From Podarcis bocagei (taxonomy: Eukaryota), in assembly GCA_964188305.1 (NCBI GenBank), contig OZ076888.1: DNA of 64,000 nucleotides; one strand, given 5' to 3'. Below the pieces are notes generated by a model. It had not been told where the DNA came from and ran no database searches. It saw nothing but the letters and a program-made list of their open reading frames with translations. The translations under genes were made by a program, and so were the position numbers. Below, piece after piece: positions 39,800 through 53,051 of this stretch. Each line of letters opens with the position of its first letter. Position 1 is the stretch's first letter.

Positions 39800-40868
39800 T
39801 ACTAACAATAGTAGCATTTTAAAATGTTTAAAACACATATATAATGCAGAAAATAGCTCTAGAATGGTTATTCACCTTTTTAAAGTCTGCTGTCCACAGT
39901 ATATACTAAATTGACCAAATTCACCAGTTTTAAAAAATTGTATTACTCAAGAAATTGATAGGATAAAGAATCTCCTTGCTGTCTTTACCTTGCCATCCCC
40001 AGCATCCAAATTCAATAAGTTAATAAGAACTTGTTGTTTTCCTCGCACTTAACCGTGGTTTGCCTTAGCCCTGGTGCACACATAACACTAAGTGTGATCA
40101 CACAACTGTCTGGCTAACTCACATTAAAATTTGTGTCCACTTTGCTCTTGTACTGGTCCTTTTGCTGCCATGCCAACCAGAGCCAAGCCTTGGTTTGGTT
40201 TAGTACTATGTCTGATCCCATGCTCATGGCTTGTCTCCTGCAAACAAGCCACAAATCTTGCCTACAGCTCATGTTTTGTCTCGAATGAGACAAGCCTCCT
40301 GGCAACAGCAGCAGGACCAGGTGAGGAGTTAAATAGCCACAACTTTTATTCACTTAATTTTTGTTAGGCTGAGCATTATGTGTGAAATGGGCATTTTTGT
40401 AAATGAGGTCATTTCAGGTGGTAATTTGTCATATAGTATAAAGATTCAGATGCAACTCATTGATTTAATTTAGAGTGATAAACTTTGAGCTCTGTTTATA
40501 TGAGAATTATTGCTCACTTCTGCTTTCCGAATACTTCTGTGCCACTTACTGGAGACCCTGGCTAAAATGAAGATGAGTCTCTTAAAAACTGCATAGTAAG
40601 CACTACGAACTAGGGGCACTGGATTACTTGGAGCCTTTTAGAAAATGCATCCTGTCAAAAATATCTTTACTGTTCTTATGCACCATGAAACAATTTGCTG
40701 TTGCTACACTGGAAATGTTGCAGGTCTGCATGCCTTGATTTTGAAGTAACAAGGACAAGTCGGGTTGGGCTAAGATGTATGAAAACATTACAGTAGATAA
40801 AGTTGTTCTCCATATCAACAAATATTAATTTAATTATGGACTTTGTATCTTTCATGTGCTTGGCATAG

Positions 40869-41078
<210 letters not shown>

Positions 41079-43592
41079 GAGCTGACACATAGCATCTTCC
41101 TCTTCCTCTGCCCTCCATCCCAACCCTTATCTTCATCAGGACCAGGCCTCATTCCTTCCCCTTGCCTTCTACCTGACTGCAAACACCATTAGTATGTGCT
41201 TATTAAGCTGTGCTGCATCCAATGCTCTGAGACCAAAGACTTTATGCTGATCCTGAGGGCAGAAAAAGAAGCAAGAACAAGGAGCTCAGAGTGAGAGGTG
41301 GATGCAGAGAGGGAAAAGCAACCAACACCGAAGCAAAACTTGGGAACGGTGAGCCACCCTTCTGGGGTGAATGGCAAAATTTTTCCTAGTGGAGTAGAAT
41401 CACGTTTATTTTTCCAGCTGTATTGATGATCCTTCTAATGTATGCAACAGTTTAAACCTAAAGCTGCGTTTTATTTTTTCAAAAGAGAGATCATGGTTTT
41501 TGTTTTTTTTAAAAAAAGAAGTATTTTGCAGTTTTAAGTGTTGCAGGACCTCCCCAGTTAAGTTCTTTTGTATTGTTCTTGAATTTGCTCCAGTGTTCCC
41601 ATTTTCCCCATATTGTTCTGTTTTCCCCTTGTTGAAATGAGAGACTGGTACTAGAATGTATTTGTTTTCTAAAGAACAAAGAATGAATGAAACTTAAAGA
41701 ATTTCTGGCATATCTCAATTGGGAGACTGGGAAAAAGGTGGTATTCTCCCTTGTCTAACCTTTAAGGAAGGAGGTATTTTGGGGTTGTGAATGTAAATCC
41801 CCCCCCCAAAGGCCATGTTTTAGAGTTCATAAATGTCATAAAATGATGTGCGTGCCATATGAAGATGATTGATTTTTCAGAGGTAATAATTTCCTCCGGA
41901 GAATTACATAGAGTTTTTATTTATTATGGGGGAGTAATGATAGCAATCCCTACCACCTCCCCTGGGCTGAGTACGTACTTTAACTTGTTTATGTTTTCAG
42001 AGTATGGGGCGCCATCATAGTCAATGTGCTCCTTATTTTGAGATGACATAATATAAGCAGGATAGAATGTAAGAGATGTTAGTCCACCAGTGACTTCAAA
42101 CCTTTTATGTGATGCTGCTGTTATGCTGCTATGCTTGAGAGCCAAAGTAAATCGTCCCAAAGTTTTCTTCCTGCAAGATGCACTTCACTGTGGATGCTGT
42201 CCTGTTTTAGGTTTGGCAAAAGCTTTTCCATATAAAATCAACCTATATTTGATGGTATGTGTGGCCATGATGGTGTCTGTTTCAGTGAAGGTATTGGAGA
42301 GGCACATCTGAAAGCTTTCCTATTATTCTACTGGTTCTCCCTTTTAGGAGCCACCTTTTTAACCTACTGTTTTAAATAAGCTCTATGGGACAGCTGTTTG
42401 GGCATGGAAGATGGACCAGGAATGCCTTCAGGACATTCTCAGCTCCCACACCTCAGGACACTGATATTTACTATGGGAGGACTGTTCCTTTAGGGGTTCT
42501 CTGAATTTGAACAACCTGCCTTGACATCATTGTGACTCTGGGTTGCCTTTTGTCTGTTCTTCTTGCTTATAAGAAATATGACTGTGAAAACAATATTAAT
42601 TTGTTGCTGAATGGGCCTGTTCTGCACAACAGTCTCTGAGCTAACTTCCAGACTCTGTTACTCGATTTCCCCCCTTCTTCTGCTCTACCCCCATTATTTC
42701 TGCTTTGCCAGAATCCTGGGTGATAGGGATGCCTCCGATTCTTGGACGCAGAAGTAGTTTTGTGCATGCTGGGATGAGCTTAATGTGAATTCCCCACTGT
42801 TCTCCTTATGGAAATGCTCTGGGGAGAGGTATGTCCCCCTCCCCCCCTTTACCCCTCCGATACCTCCCTGGATGAGTTTACGAAGACAAATATTTCATTC
42901 TATTTTGGGGGAAGCAATTTAGTCTGCGTAAGGCGAATACTTGCTTTGTTTCACGGTTGCTCATAAAAAGAGGAATGGTAAGGAGGAAATTTAGTTTACC
43001 CCACCCCAAATCCCCATTAAACCTATCAGTTCTTTATGAAGAGCCTAAGTGAAGAGGCATCTCCAGTTATGACATTCAGTATAATTAGAAACTTTGGACC
43101 TTTTAATTTATTAGCATACATCTTTTTAAAAGTAGTTGTTTTATTCATGCTGCTCTTTACAGCCAGCTTTAAGGAAGGGCAGACAGGCCTCTGAGACAAA
43201 GAACCCACAAAGTGTTATGCTTCCTGCCAAAGCAGTAGAACAAAGGTAAACTCAAATTTTTGAATGAAATGATGTCATTATAGCCAGCACACTTCAACAG
43301 ATGGGAAATGTAGAATGTTCTTGATCAAGAATGGGATTCTCAGTTGCTCTTGTTTCTGCATTTCAAGCAGCAGCTCTTTGTCTTGCAAAATGTTTTATTC
43401 CCTATAACACATGTTGGATTCTACAACCACATTGGTGCTGACCCAAATTAACTTTCCTGGCTTATCATGATTGGCTTTTCTAGTTTTCTTAAAAGGGTTC
43501 AGTGCTTATCTTAAATTCATGTAATTATTAATTAGGCCTAGAATAAAGCATAAAAAGCTTGCAGGGTAAAGGCAATCTTCCATAGCCTAGCC

Positions 43593-43735
43593 CAGGGGTA
43601 GAAAACCTATGGTCATCCAGATGTTGTTTGGGTAGGGGAGACTTCCCCATCAGCCCCAGTCAGAAAGCTCAATGGTCAGGGATAATAGGAGCTGTAGTCC
43701 AGTAACATCTGGAGACCCCCAAGTTCCGCACCCCG
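43593..43735. mobile_element. Palindromic hAT-like MITE
   Basis: CAGGGGTAGAAAACCT left end; CCAGATGTTG / AACATCTGG inverted core; TSD-like GCCTAGCC / GCCTAGAA. Confidence 0.7.
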
Positions 43736-46700
43736 GCCTAGAAGTTGGATGGCAACATCTCTCCCTGAACATTTTGTAGTACAGAAAAAAATGAGGGCCA
43801 GGCCATGTGAATTAAAGGTCACCAGCCCATGTCAAGGTATAGGAAGTTGTTCTCAGTTCAAATATGCCTCTTATTTTGTACAGCATTATGAAACTCTGTT
43901 CCTTGGTGTCAACATCTACATAGCAGTTGTCCTCTGCTTTCTGGCAAGTGATCTTCTTCCTGGCTCTAGAAATATTATTTATCTTATTTAAAAATTGTAC
44001 TTCTCATGTTATATTTTAGAGCAACTGTTTCACTGGCTTTTACAGGTACATCTGCGGGGGGAATATGTTATTTGCATTAATTGAGAAAGTGACCTTGGAA
44101 AGAACCCTGCTTTCACTGTTTCTGTTTCTTTTGTCAAGTGTAGTCAGCAATTTAGTAGCTGGTAGCAGCCATTCAATCTTCATGTTCTAATGTGAAATTA
44201 GATGCAGCTTTTACACGAAATTTATTTTGAGGTGAGGTTTTTGACAATATTTTAAATGTCTGAATTAATTTTGTACTCTTTGTTGTGAATTGGAGACCTT
44301 GTACCTGTGTGTTGCCAAGCCTTACTAAAGAGAGAATTTGTTCTTGATAACTGTTATGTCTTCAAATACAAGAGTGGTGTCATTGGCCCAGACAGCATAT
44401 AAACTGATGGAGCAAGGGAGGTAGCACCTCCTCCTCCTTTTCCAAGCTCGCTATCTCAAGGAGGCCTAGGATTTGCAGAGAATCACTCTTCTACCTGCTA
44501 TTTAACTGCCCAGCCAAAAAGCTCAGACCCATTAGAATAGGTAAGCACTAATCAAAAAGTATGGCTGGAGCTCAGGCTGAACAAATGAAGATGGAAGTAG
44601 TAAAATGTACAATTCACTTCGCAGATTTGTTTTCCCAAGTCCCAAAGGTAACCCTGAGGATTATTGGAGAAGTGTGCCAAGTGGCACAGGTCATGATTTG
44701 GGGAAGGAGCTGGTAGTGCAGAACTGAAGTGCTGGGTACCCTGAGTATGCAAAACGTGTCTTTGCACGAACGGACTCCTTTACATGTCATAGGAAGCCAT
44801 GTTTTATGCCCCACCAAGAACAAGCAATGTGCTGGTGATTGCTGCTGAATCGCTCCCATTTTGCTGCACCCCACTCAGGAGCAATAACCAGAAGCCTTGG
44901 ACATGTGAACTAGCACTTGAGGTTTGGTTTCTCCCAAGCAAATAAACCATGAAAGTAAGCCAAGATTTGCACGTCACAATAAATCAAGGCTCATGGCTTG
45001 TTGCTCCCGGCACCAGGGAGGTTGGAGACAAATGCGAGTGATTCAGGACCATGCACTGAGAAGCTGTTAATTCCTGGTAAGTAATGGCTCACAGTAGTTG
45101 CAAGCGTGCAACGTGGTTAGTAGTTCTTAATGGGTTTGACATTATTCATTAATGTTTTCTGTTTTTCCTATCTAGTTTTCTTTTTAAATGCACCTTCATG
45201 CCTAGGTATCTATGAATTGCATCCAGATAAAAATATAGTTATTTGACCCTTTCAGGTGAATGGAGAAAGTGGCAAGAGTTTACCTGTTTCCCGTCCTCTC
45301 CCATGCCCTCACCAATCTTTGCCACAGCCTAACACTAGAGGGAGCTCTTGATATTTTAATTGGCAGGAAATGTGTGATAATGTACCTGATGAGCTCTTCA
45401 CTTCCATGCAATAAAGATCTTGACTACATCATTCAGTCAGGACTTGGCTATTGCAAGTTGACAGAACCTTTATTGGGGAATCCAGGGAAACAAATGTATT
45501 GTCATTGGGTCTGCCCGAATGTCACCTAGATAACGGTTTTGCTCTACTTTAGTAACTTTGGCTCCATGTGATCTCTGAGCATTAAGTGTTCTGCTTTTGC
45601 TGTCATTGCATTGGAGAATGTGCTGAGGTACGATTGGGTGCCACCTCACCTGCATGGAGAATGCTCTAAACTTGTGCCTGCCATGTGGTGAGCTGCATTT
45701 GTGCACTGACCACATGGTTTGTCTGCATGCTGCTATAAAACACTGCTGTAGGTTACAGTTAACTACATAGTACACCACTGAACATGAAGAACCCACCACA
45801 TGGAGGGTTTGAAACAACATGCCATGTAATTTCAAGTAGTTGTCACACAGTGGCTCTTGTGTGAAATAAGACAGAGAGGTGGTGGTGACTTGCAGATAAT
45901 ACTCCATGGGCATTTAGCATTGTTATGCCATATGCTAGTTACCTGAGGGTTGTGCAGACAAAATAAACCTAATTCCAATTCACTTAATGGCCACACCGTG
46001 CAATGGTCATGTATACAGCATTAATCTGAAAGCTGTCCATATATATGCAGTCTTCCTCATGACTGGGTATTTTGATTTATCCCCTGGAACATTTGTTCAG
46101 AAGAGAATTATACACCTAAAGCTATAGACGTCTAGAACCCTTTCCGTCTAATGCTTATATGTGGGTGCCAGTGGGGCGTAGTTAGCCGGCACATCAAGAT
46201 TTGAGGACATGATCACATTTCCCTCACATACTCAGTCAACATATGAAGGAGATTTGTTTGTTTTTTATCTGAAGAGTTCTCTGGTGTCAGGCATGGCTTG
46301 ATTGAACTGAAGAACACAGGAACAGTAGCTAGTCTGAGTGGTTGCACTTGACTATAATAATTGCTTTATTCTGTTAGCTCTGATGTCCAGTTGGCAGGAT
46401 ACTCACAACACTGTGAAATAGTTTGCTCTGTGCCTTGGTCTGCTGTGATATAATGAGCTTCAAATTCTTTGAAAAAAAGTTTTTGTCTTTTGAGCAAAGG
46501 TCTGAAATAATTTTGACCTCGTTTAAATGAACGAGCCACTTAATTCTTCTGATGAAATCCAATTTATAGATTAAAAACTGTTTGCTTGATGCTCTGCTTT
46601 CAGGAATGCCTGCTCTCTGGGATAAAGCACTTTCTGGGTTCTTCAAAACACCACATCCTACTTGGACAACTTTAGTAACTGGTAAATAGGTGTTTGTTTA

Positions 46701-47585
46701 TTCTGGCACACGGAACTGCATCCCCTTCTCCTATCATTTTTCTACTGTGGTTCTCTTCTTACCTTCTCCTGGAATGTGCACATGATGAGCCTCATATAGC
46801 TTCTCCCCACTCCTGGGCTTATTCCAACTGAGGTCTTTTATTATGAGCAGCCACATGGATAGTCTGCAACACCAGTGGGATTCAGGTGTTGTTAGACTCC
46901 CATCATTTACAATGGTGACTGGGGCTGATGAACATTTAACAACATCTTGAAGGCCACATGTTCCCTTTCCCTGGTGATTTGCAGACTCGTTTGTTTTTTT
47001 CTTTCTATGGACTTGATTATATGCCATTGAATTGGGCTCCTAACCAACTGTAATCTCTGCCCGTAGTTTTGTGAGTCAGTTGCTTCTTAAAATGCACACT
47101 TGAATCAAGTTAGCAATGGCATTGTCCTGCAAAGAAATGGGTCCCCCAGAAGTGTATTTCATTTTGCTTGTGCACAAGGCTATTCTACATCCACATAGTC
47201 TTCCTCTAACCCTTTCCCACCTATGCCTCAAGTGATTGTCCTCTTTACCTTGTCACAATGCTGGAGGCTGAAATTCTTTCTGCAGAAGTGCCTGTGTAGC
47301 TGCTTTGACAGTGCTGCTAACACCAGCATTTCAGTAAAGTGCTTGAAGCACAGATAATCTTCTAGAGTACATTTTTACAGAACTAGGTTTCCGCAAAAAG
47401 CCTCAAGCCCTGAAGATAATGATATAAGGAATGCAGGAATTCGGGTCATTCTTGTGTAAATGTTGGGATGAACTGGGAAGTGGTGGCAGCTGTCTCTTGA
47501 GTTTTTGCCGCCTTTCTCTCGTTTCTTTGCTCCTGCATACAGGATTGTACTGATGCTCTCAGATGTGGTGTCACTGTGAGTAGTA

Positions 47586-48538
47586 CAGTGGTGCCCCGCA
47601 AGACGAACGCCTCGCAAGACGGAAAACCCGCTAGACGAAAGGGTTTTCCGTTTTGGAGGCGCTTCGCAAAACGAATTTCCCTATGGGCTTCCTTCGCAAG
47701 ACGAAAGCCCATAGGGGAATCTCCGGGACAGCGGGGAAGTGCAGCGCTTCTTCCCCACTGTCCTCGGACCTCCTCCGAAGGCTGGCGGTGGGGCGGAAAG
47801 CCCTTCTCCCCGCGCCAGCCTTCGGAAGGCTCCTCCGAAGGCTGGCGGTGGGGCGGAAAGCCCTTCTCCCCGCGCCAGCCTTCGGAAGGCTCCTCCGAAG
47901 GCTGGCGGTGGGGCGGAAAGCCCTTCTCCCCGCGCCAGCCTTCGGAAGGCTCCTCCGAAGGCTGGCGGTGGGGAGGAAAGCCCTTCTCCCCGCGCCAGCC
48001 TTCGGAAGGCTCCTCCGAAGGCTGGCGGTGGGGAGGAAAGCCCTTCTCCCCGCGCCAGCCTTCGGAAGGCTCCTCCGAAGGCTGGCGGTGGGGCGGAGAG
48101 CCCTTCTCCCTGCGCCAGCCTTCGGAAGGCTCCTCCGAAGGCTGGCGGTGGGGCGGAAAGCCCTTCTCCCCACGCCAGCCTTTGGATGGCTGTCCTGAAG
48201 ACTTGCGGTGGGAGGAGGGTTTTCCTTCCCACCGCCAACATTCAGAATGCTGTTCTGAATGTTGGCGGTGGGGAGGAAAAACCCTCCTCCCACCGCAAGC
48301 CCCGGGAACAGAGGAGAAGCACTGCGCCCCTTCCCCTCTGTTCCCGTACCTGTCCTGAAGGCTTGCGGTGGGGAGAAAAGCCCTTCTCCGCACCGCCAGC
48401 CTGGCAAGCGGTTTCCATAGGAACGCATTAATTGATTTTCAATGCAATCCTATGGGAAACCGTGCTTCGCAAGACGAAAAACTCGCAAGAAGAAAAAACT
48501 TGCGGAATGAATTAATTTCGTCTTGCAAGGCACCACTG
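47586..48538. mobile_element. Tc1/mariner MITE, CAGTGGTGCCTCGCAAGACG family, expanded by a minisatellite
   Basis: TA-CAGTGGTGCCCCGCAAGACG ... CGTCTTGCAAGGCACCACTG-TA; opposite orientation to the 36105 and 37877 copies. Confidence 0.93.
47771..48190. repeat. 60-bp GC-rich palindromic minisatellite, 7 near-identical units (degenerate units continue to about 48400)
   Basis: unit TCCTCCGAAGGCTGGCGGTGGGGCGGAAAGCCCTTCTCCCCGCGCCAGCCTTCGGAAGGC. Confidence 0.97.
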
Positions 48539-51270
48539 TAGCTTGTTACTGAAATCTTGGCCATTTTCTCTCCTTTGGTACATCTCACAGTGAGAGGGTA
48601 GGGTGTGTTATGACAATCTGAGAGACTATAGTTTTGCAAGGGACTCTCAGCAAATTTGGTTTATCTGGTGTGCATAGTTAGGTGAAGTCTACTGTCACTT
48701 GTTTTAACTGCCTGGACAAGTTAATAACTGGTGGTATTGGACTAGATTCAACAAAATAGTTCCTCTCCAAATGCTTGGGGTGTGTGTGTGTTGAGGGACA
48801 CCCCCCCCAAACAACATGTGGTTGGGGGGAGATCATCAGGCAAACAGAAATGCTTGAATTGATGAAGCAATCTCCTTAGTACTACTTTGAATACCATCCA
48901 AATTTCTATCTAAAGAACTTACTGCTCACTGTAACTCACTGACTTGGACAGGACAACACACCTGCAATCCATCAAATCAAGATATAAACTGTGACACACT
49001 TAGGTTTACACAAACTGTTGAAGGATGTTTGGAGGCTTGAAACTTGAAGCTCTTAATTTCTTAGAGCAATAAAATACTGCTTAAGCTTAGTGTGTGGAAG
49101 AGCTCCAATAGTGTACAAAATATATTCTATCTGGAAGGCTACAGAGTTCTCTGTTCTGCTGTCAGACCAGCCCAAGGGAATTAGCTGAACCCTGGAATCT
49201 TGTCTCAAGCCAAGCTTTCCTTTACAATAAATATTTGTATGCTGCACAATTTTCCCAGTACTTATCCTATGCCTTTTTAAGGCCTTACAATCTGTCTCCA
49301 TATATTGCTGCATTCCAATGCTTCTATAGATTTGTCTTCTGGGATCTTTGTCAAATTGTATTATATTTCTTCCAAAGTTGTAGTATTCTGCCAACAGTAT
49401 TCCACACTGTCTGTTTGTATAAACCCTGAAAAAGCACAAATGAAATGTACACATTTCATAAGCCAATTGATATCCTGTTGGAGTATATAAATACTTAGTG
49501 GTATTGCAGATTTCCAGTTTCTTCTATTTATTTTGAACCTCATTAATTTGTATATTTTTGTGATTTTATTGGGAAACAGTTTATTTTCTTTAGATAAATG
49601 ATTTTTCTTGTTTAACTTTCATGTTGAAGTGGTCCCCCCCACTGCATACTTCATCTTTCTTTTATTTACAAGGGGGTGTGCGTTGGTGACATTATTATTT
49701 TTTTAATTAGCAGTTTTGAGTAAAGGAGCCCTGAAAGTATGTGTTCTTTATGTTTGGTTTGACTTTATTAATTGTTAGCAATGGTCTTGTAGATTATCAG
49801 GAATTCTGATGGATATGCACTAATTTTTTCTTGAATAACTTTGAATATCCAGTGCAAGTGTTTCGTTCCTGTCGTGTCATATCCAAAAGATACACTAGCA
49901 TGATTTCTATTTATTTTACATGGGTTTTGTTTGTTTGTTTTTGGGTAGAGGAGTGTATATGGGAGAACATGCCTGTTTGTAAAATAGGCTTGTTTGTGGA
50001 AGGAAGATGTAAACTTTTGAGATTCGTACTACTAATTAGCTAGAATGTAGCTAAGTAGAGACCAGCAAAAAAACTTCTGCACACACCAAAAAACCTGCTT
50101 TGTGAGTGTTGCAGCTTACTCAGTGATTTCTTGAGTAACTCTCAGGTGTCTCCCCCCTTTGCCGAAACAACAATCTCTTGACTCTTCTAATCTGAGTGCT
50201 CTGACTAAGGGAATGCAGGGAGACAGTTGAGAAATAACAGCGGAATCATACAATGGGGTTGGGGGAAGGGGAAAATATGAAGGCAGCATAACTTAACTTC
50301 TTCATGATTGGATGTAAGTATTGCACCTGTTGCCCATCCACTGCTGGCATATAGCCCTCTGAGAAGACTGCCTATGAAGGAATGTGCCTCTTGGATCGGA
50401 CTAAAAAAGATTCCCCACCAATGGGTCACAGTATTTTTTGCCACACTGTTCATGCAAAAAAAGCCAACTCCTGCTGTTTATAGCATTTAGTAATAAGATA
50501 CTCCCTGCTCTCAGGCTTACAATCTTGTCTGGTAGAGCTGTTTACTTTGTAAGAATAGCAAAGCATAGTCTGTACACTACTTGAAAAAGCATGTTCTCCA
50601 TAATATATGGTAAAGGGTCCTTACCAGTTTGGTCCTAATATGCTGAATGCCAGTATAGCAGCAGGATTTGGGAAGGCACATTAAGAAATTAGTAAACAGT
50701 CGGTGATATTCAGTCAACCAAACAGTTTCCAAAAGATGTATAAAACTAGTCTTATACATAGACTCTTTGAGCATGTTTTTGAGCCTAGGGTGGTAATATG
50801 CTGATGGCAACTTTGCCCGAAAGGCTTACTTGGATTGCCACTGTGTTGGCCCTCCGGCACAGCTCAAAGAAGGGAGATGTTTGAGGTAGAATGGAGTCAG
50901 AAGGGGTTTCAGCTGGAGATGATGTCACAGACCCAAATATTATTGTATGCTGACAAACTTAAGTTAAAGGCGGCAGCAGTGGCAGTTAGTATCACTTAAA
51001 AATAAGGCAAAAGAAGGATGGTCAAAGAGGCCAGATAAATAATGTTATGCTTAAGAAGTAAAATGTAGTCAACAGTCTTTGCGATGTTCCAAGTGCTCCT
51101 TCTGCACAGTCATAAATGAATTCAATTTTCTTGTGGTGTTTGGGAAAGTGTGGCACTTTGCTTGGCACCTCTGCAAGAGCCTGAAAATACACTTGTATTC
51201 TGTCTTCCTTGTCTAAGGAGATTGAAGTGGTATACATACATAATCTCCTCCTTTTATCCTCACAACCACC

Positions 51271-52175
51271 TGGATTGCTGGTAGTACAGTGGTACCTCGG
51301 GTTAAGTACTTAATTCGTTCCGGATGTCCGTATTTAACATGAAACTGTTCTTAACCTGAAGCACCACTTTAGCTAACGGGGCCTCCTGCTGCGCCACCGC
51401 TGCACGATTTTTGTTCTCATTCTGAAGCAAAGTTCTTAACCTGAAGCACTATTTCTGGGTTAGCAGAGTCTGTAACCTGAAGCGTATGTAACCTGAAGCA
51501 TATGTAACCCGAGGTACCACTGTACATGTGAAAAGGATCTATGGGTCTGAGAGGACCACAAGCTTAACATGAGTCAACGCTGTGATGCAGGAGCAAAAAT
51601 GGCTAATGCTATTCTAGGCTGCATCAACAGAACTATAGTGTTCAGATCAAGGGAAGTAATAGTATTACTGTATTCTGCCTTGGTCAGACCACACGTGGAG
51701 TACTGTGTCCAGTTCTGGGCACCACAGTTTATGAAGGATGTTGATAAGTTGGATTGTGTGCAGAGGGCAACTTAGATGATCAAGGGTCTGGAAACAAAGC
51801 CTTATGAGAAGCAGTTGAAGGAGTTAGGTATGTTTAGCCTGGTGAAGAGGAGACTAAGAGGAGATAGCAGTCTTCAAGTATCTCAAGGGCTAAAACATGG
51901 GGAAAGCTTGTTTTCGCCTCCTGCTCTGGAGGCTAGGACTTTAACTAATGGATTTAAGTTACAAGAAAGGAGATTCTGACTAAACATCTGGAAGAACTTT
52001 GACAGTACCAGCTGTTCAACAGTGGAACAGACTCCTACAAGAGGTGGTGGACTCAGCTTCCTTGCAGGGTTTTAAGCAGAGGTTGGAGGGTAATCTTTCT
52101 TATATGATCTAGTTGAGATTTCTGCACTTCATGGGGTTGGACTAAATAACCCTCAGGGTCTCCTCCAATTCTGTG
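51271..52175 (+). mobile_element. CR1 LINE 3' fragment (interrupted by a MITE)
   Basis: ANAILGCINR...LYSALVRPHVEYCVQFWAP, LGMFSLVKRRLRGD; 3' end GGGGTTGGACTAAATAACC...AATTCTGTG. Confidence 0.92.
51287..51522. mobile_element. Tigger-like MITE nested in CR1
   Basis: TIRs CAGTGGTACCTCGGGTTA / TAACCCGAGGTACCACTG; removing it restores GGTAGTACATGTGAAAAGGATCT. Confidence 0.9.
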
Positions 52176-53045
52176 AAAAGCAGCAACCCTTTTACAGATT
52201 GTTTCCAAATTTCCCCTAAAAGTGCTGCTAGAAATTTAAGATTGACACAATAAAATTCTGCTGATACAAATGTAAGAACTAGGGTATTGTTCTGATGTAG
52301 TATGCAAATGCCTCTCCTCATGGTCTAATTTTGCTTCTTGATTTCCAGTTCTTTTCCTCACTTATCTCTCACTTGTCAGTGCTCATTTTTCTGTCCATTT
52401 TCACTAGCTTCAGCAGAAGGATAAAAGCAGGAAAAAAGCCTTCCTATTTCTTAGCTGGGAAAGCCAAGGCCAAGCTGGTTTCAGGTAGGGAGGCATTTTA
52501 CTCATTTATGAAAAGGCCATATGTATGTTCTTGTGGCTGGCTGCTGTGGGGGTGGAATTTGTAAGGCTGAACTTGTAGACATCTGAGAACACTGATCTCT
52601 TGCCTAGAGCCAGGATATCTTCCAGTATTGATTAAGAGAAGAGCACTATTTCGCTCTTGCTGTTCCTTACCAGTATGTATCCAGCTCAACACCAGATCAC
52701 TAATAGAGTTACCAGCTAGACCACTGTCAAGTTAACTAATGCTCTCCAATTCTGCTCCCGTTTTCTGGGCAGGGGACCTTATCCATACAACTCTGATGGC
52801 ATCACCTTACTCTAGTATATCTACATTTAATGCATATATCTAGATTCTATGCTGTCAGGCTGCTGTCTGCCTCCCAGCCATCATTGTTGGGAGAAGATTA
52901 TAAAGCACATTGTATTCCACGCTGTATACAGACTTTTCTAGTTGCTATAACAAGTGTTAGGCAAGCAGTATGAAGGGAGGGTTAGGAGAAGTAGATTCGT
53001 CAGTGTTAGACAGACATTAAAACAGCTTATTATGAAACCTCATGA

Positions 53046-53051
53046 TTTATT
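53046..53051 (-). terminator. Candidate NT5C2 polyadenylation signal AATAAA
   Basis: about 1.4 kb after the NT5C2 stop, followed on - by a U/GU-rich tract (GCTGTTTTAATGTCTGTCT). Confidence 0.45.

Noticed and set aside
40050-40392. Possible Harbinger-like MITE remnants (also about 4430-4550, 14345-14670, 44900-45115)
   Set aside because: Repeat-like motifs seen but termini and TSDs could not be defined
47771-48190. CRISPR-like array of palindromic repeats
   Set aside because: No unique spacers, no cas genes, vertebrate context
47446-48431. Six long overlapping ORFs (181-315 aa) as a novel repeat protein gene
   Set aside because: All derive from a stop-free 60-bp tandem unit inside a TIR/TA-bounded MITE; no splice or promoter context
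45470-49466. Minus-strand ORFs 45470-45913 (147 aa) and 49053-49466 (137 aa) as an intervening gene
   Set aside because: No recognisable homology, composition typical of non-coding DNA, lengths within chance for 64 kb
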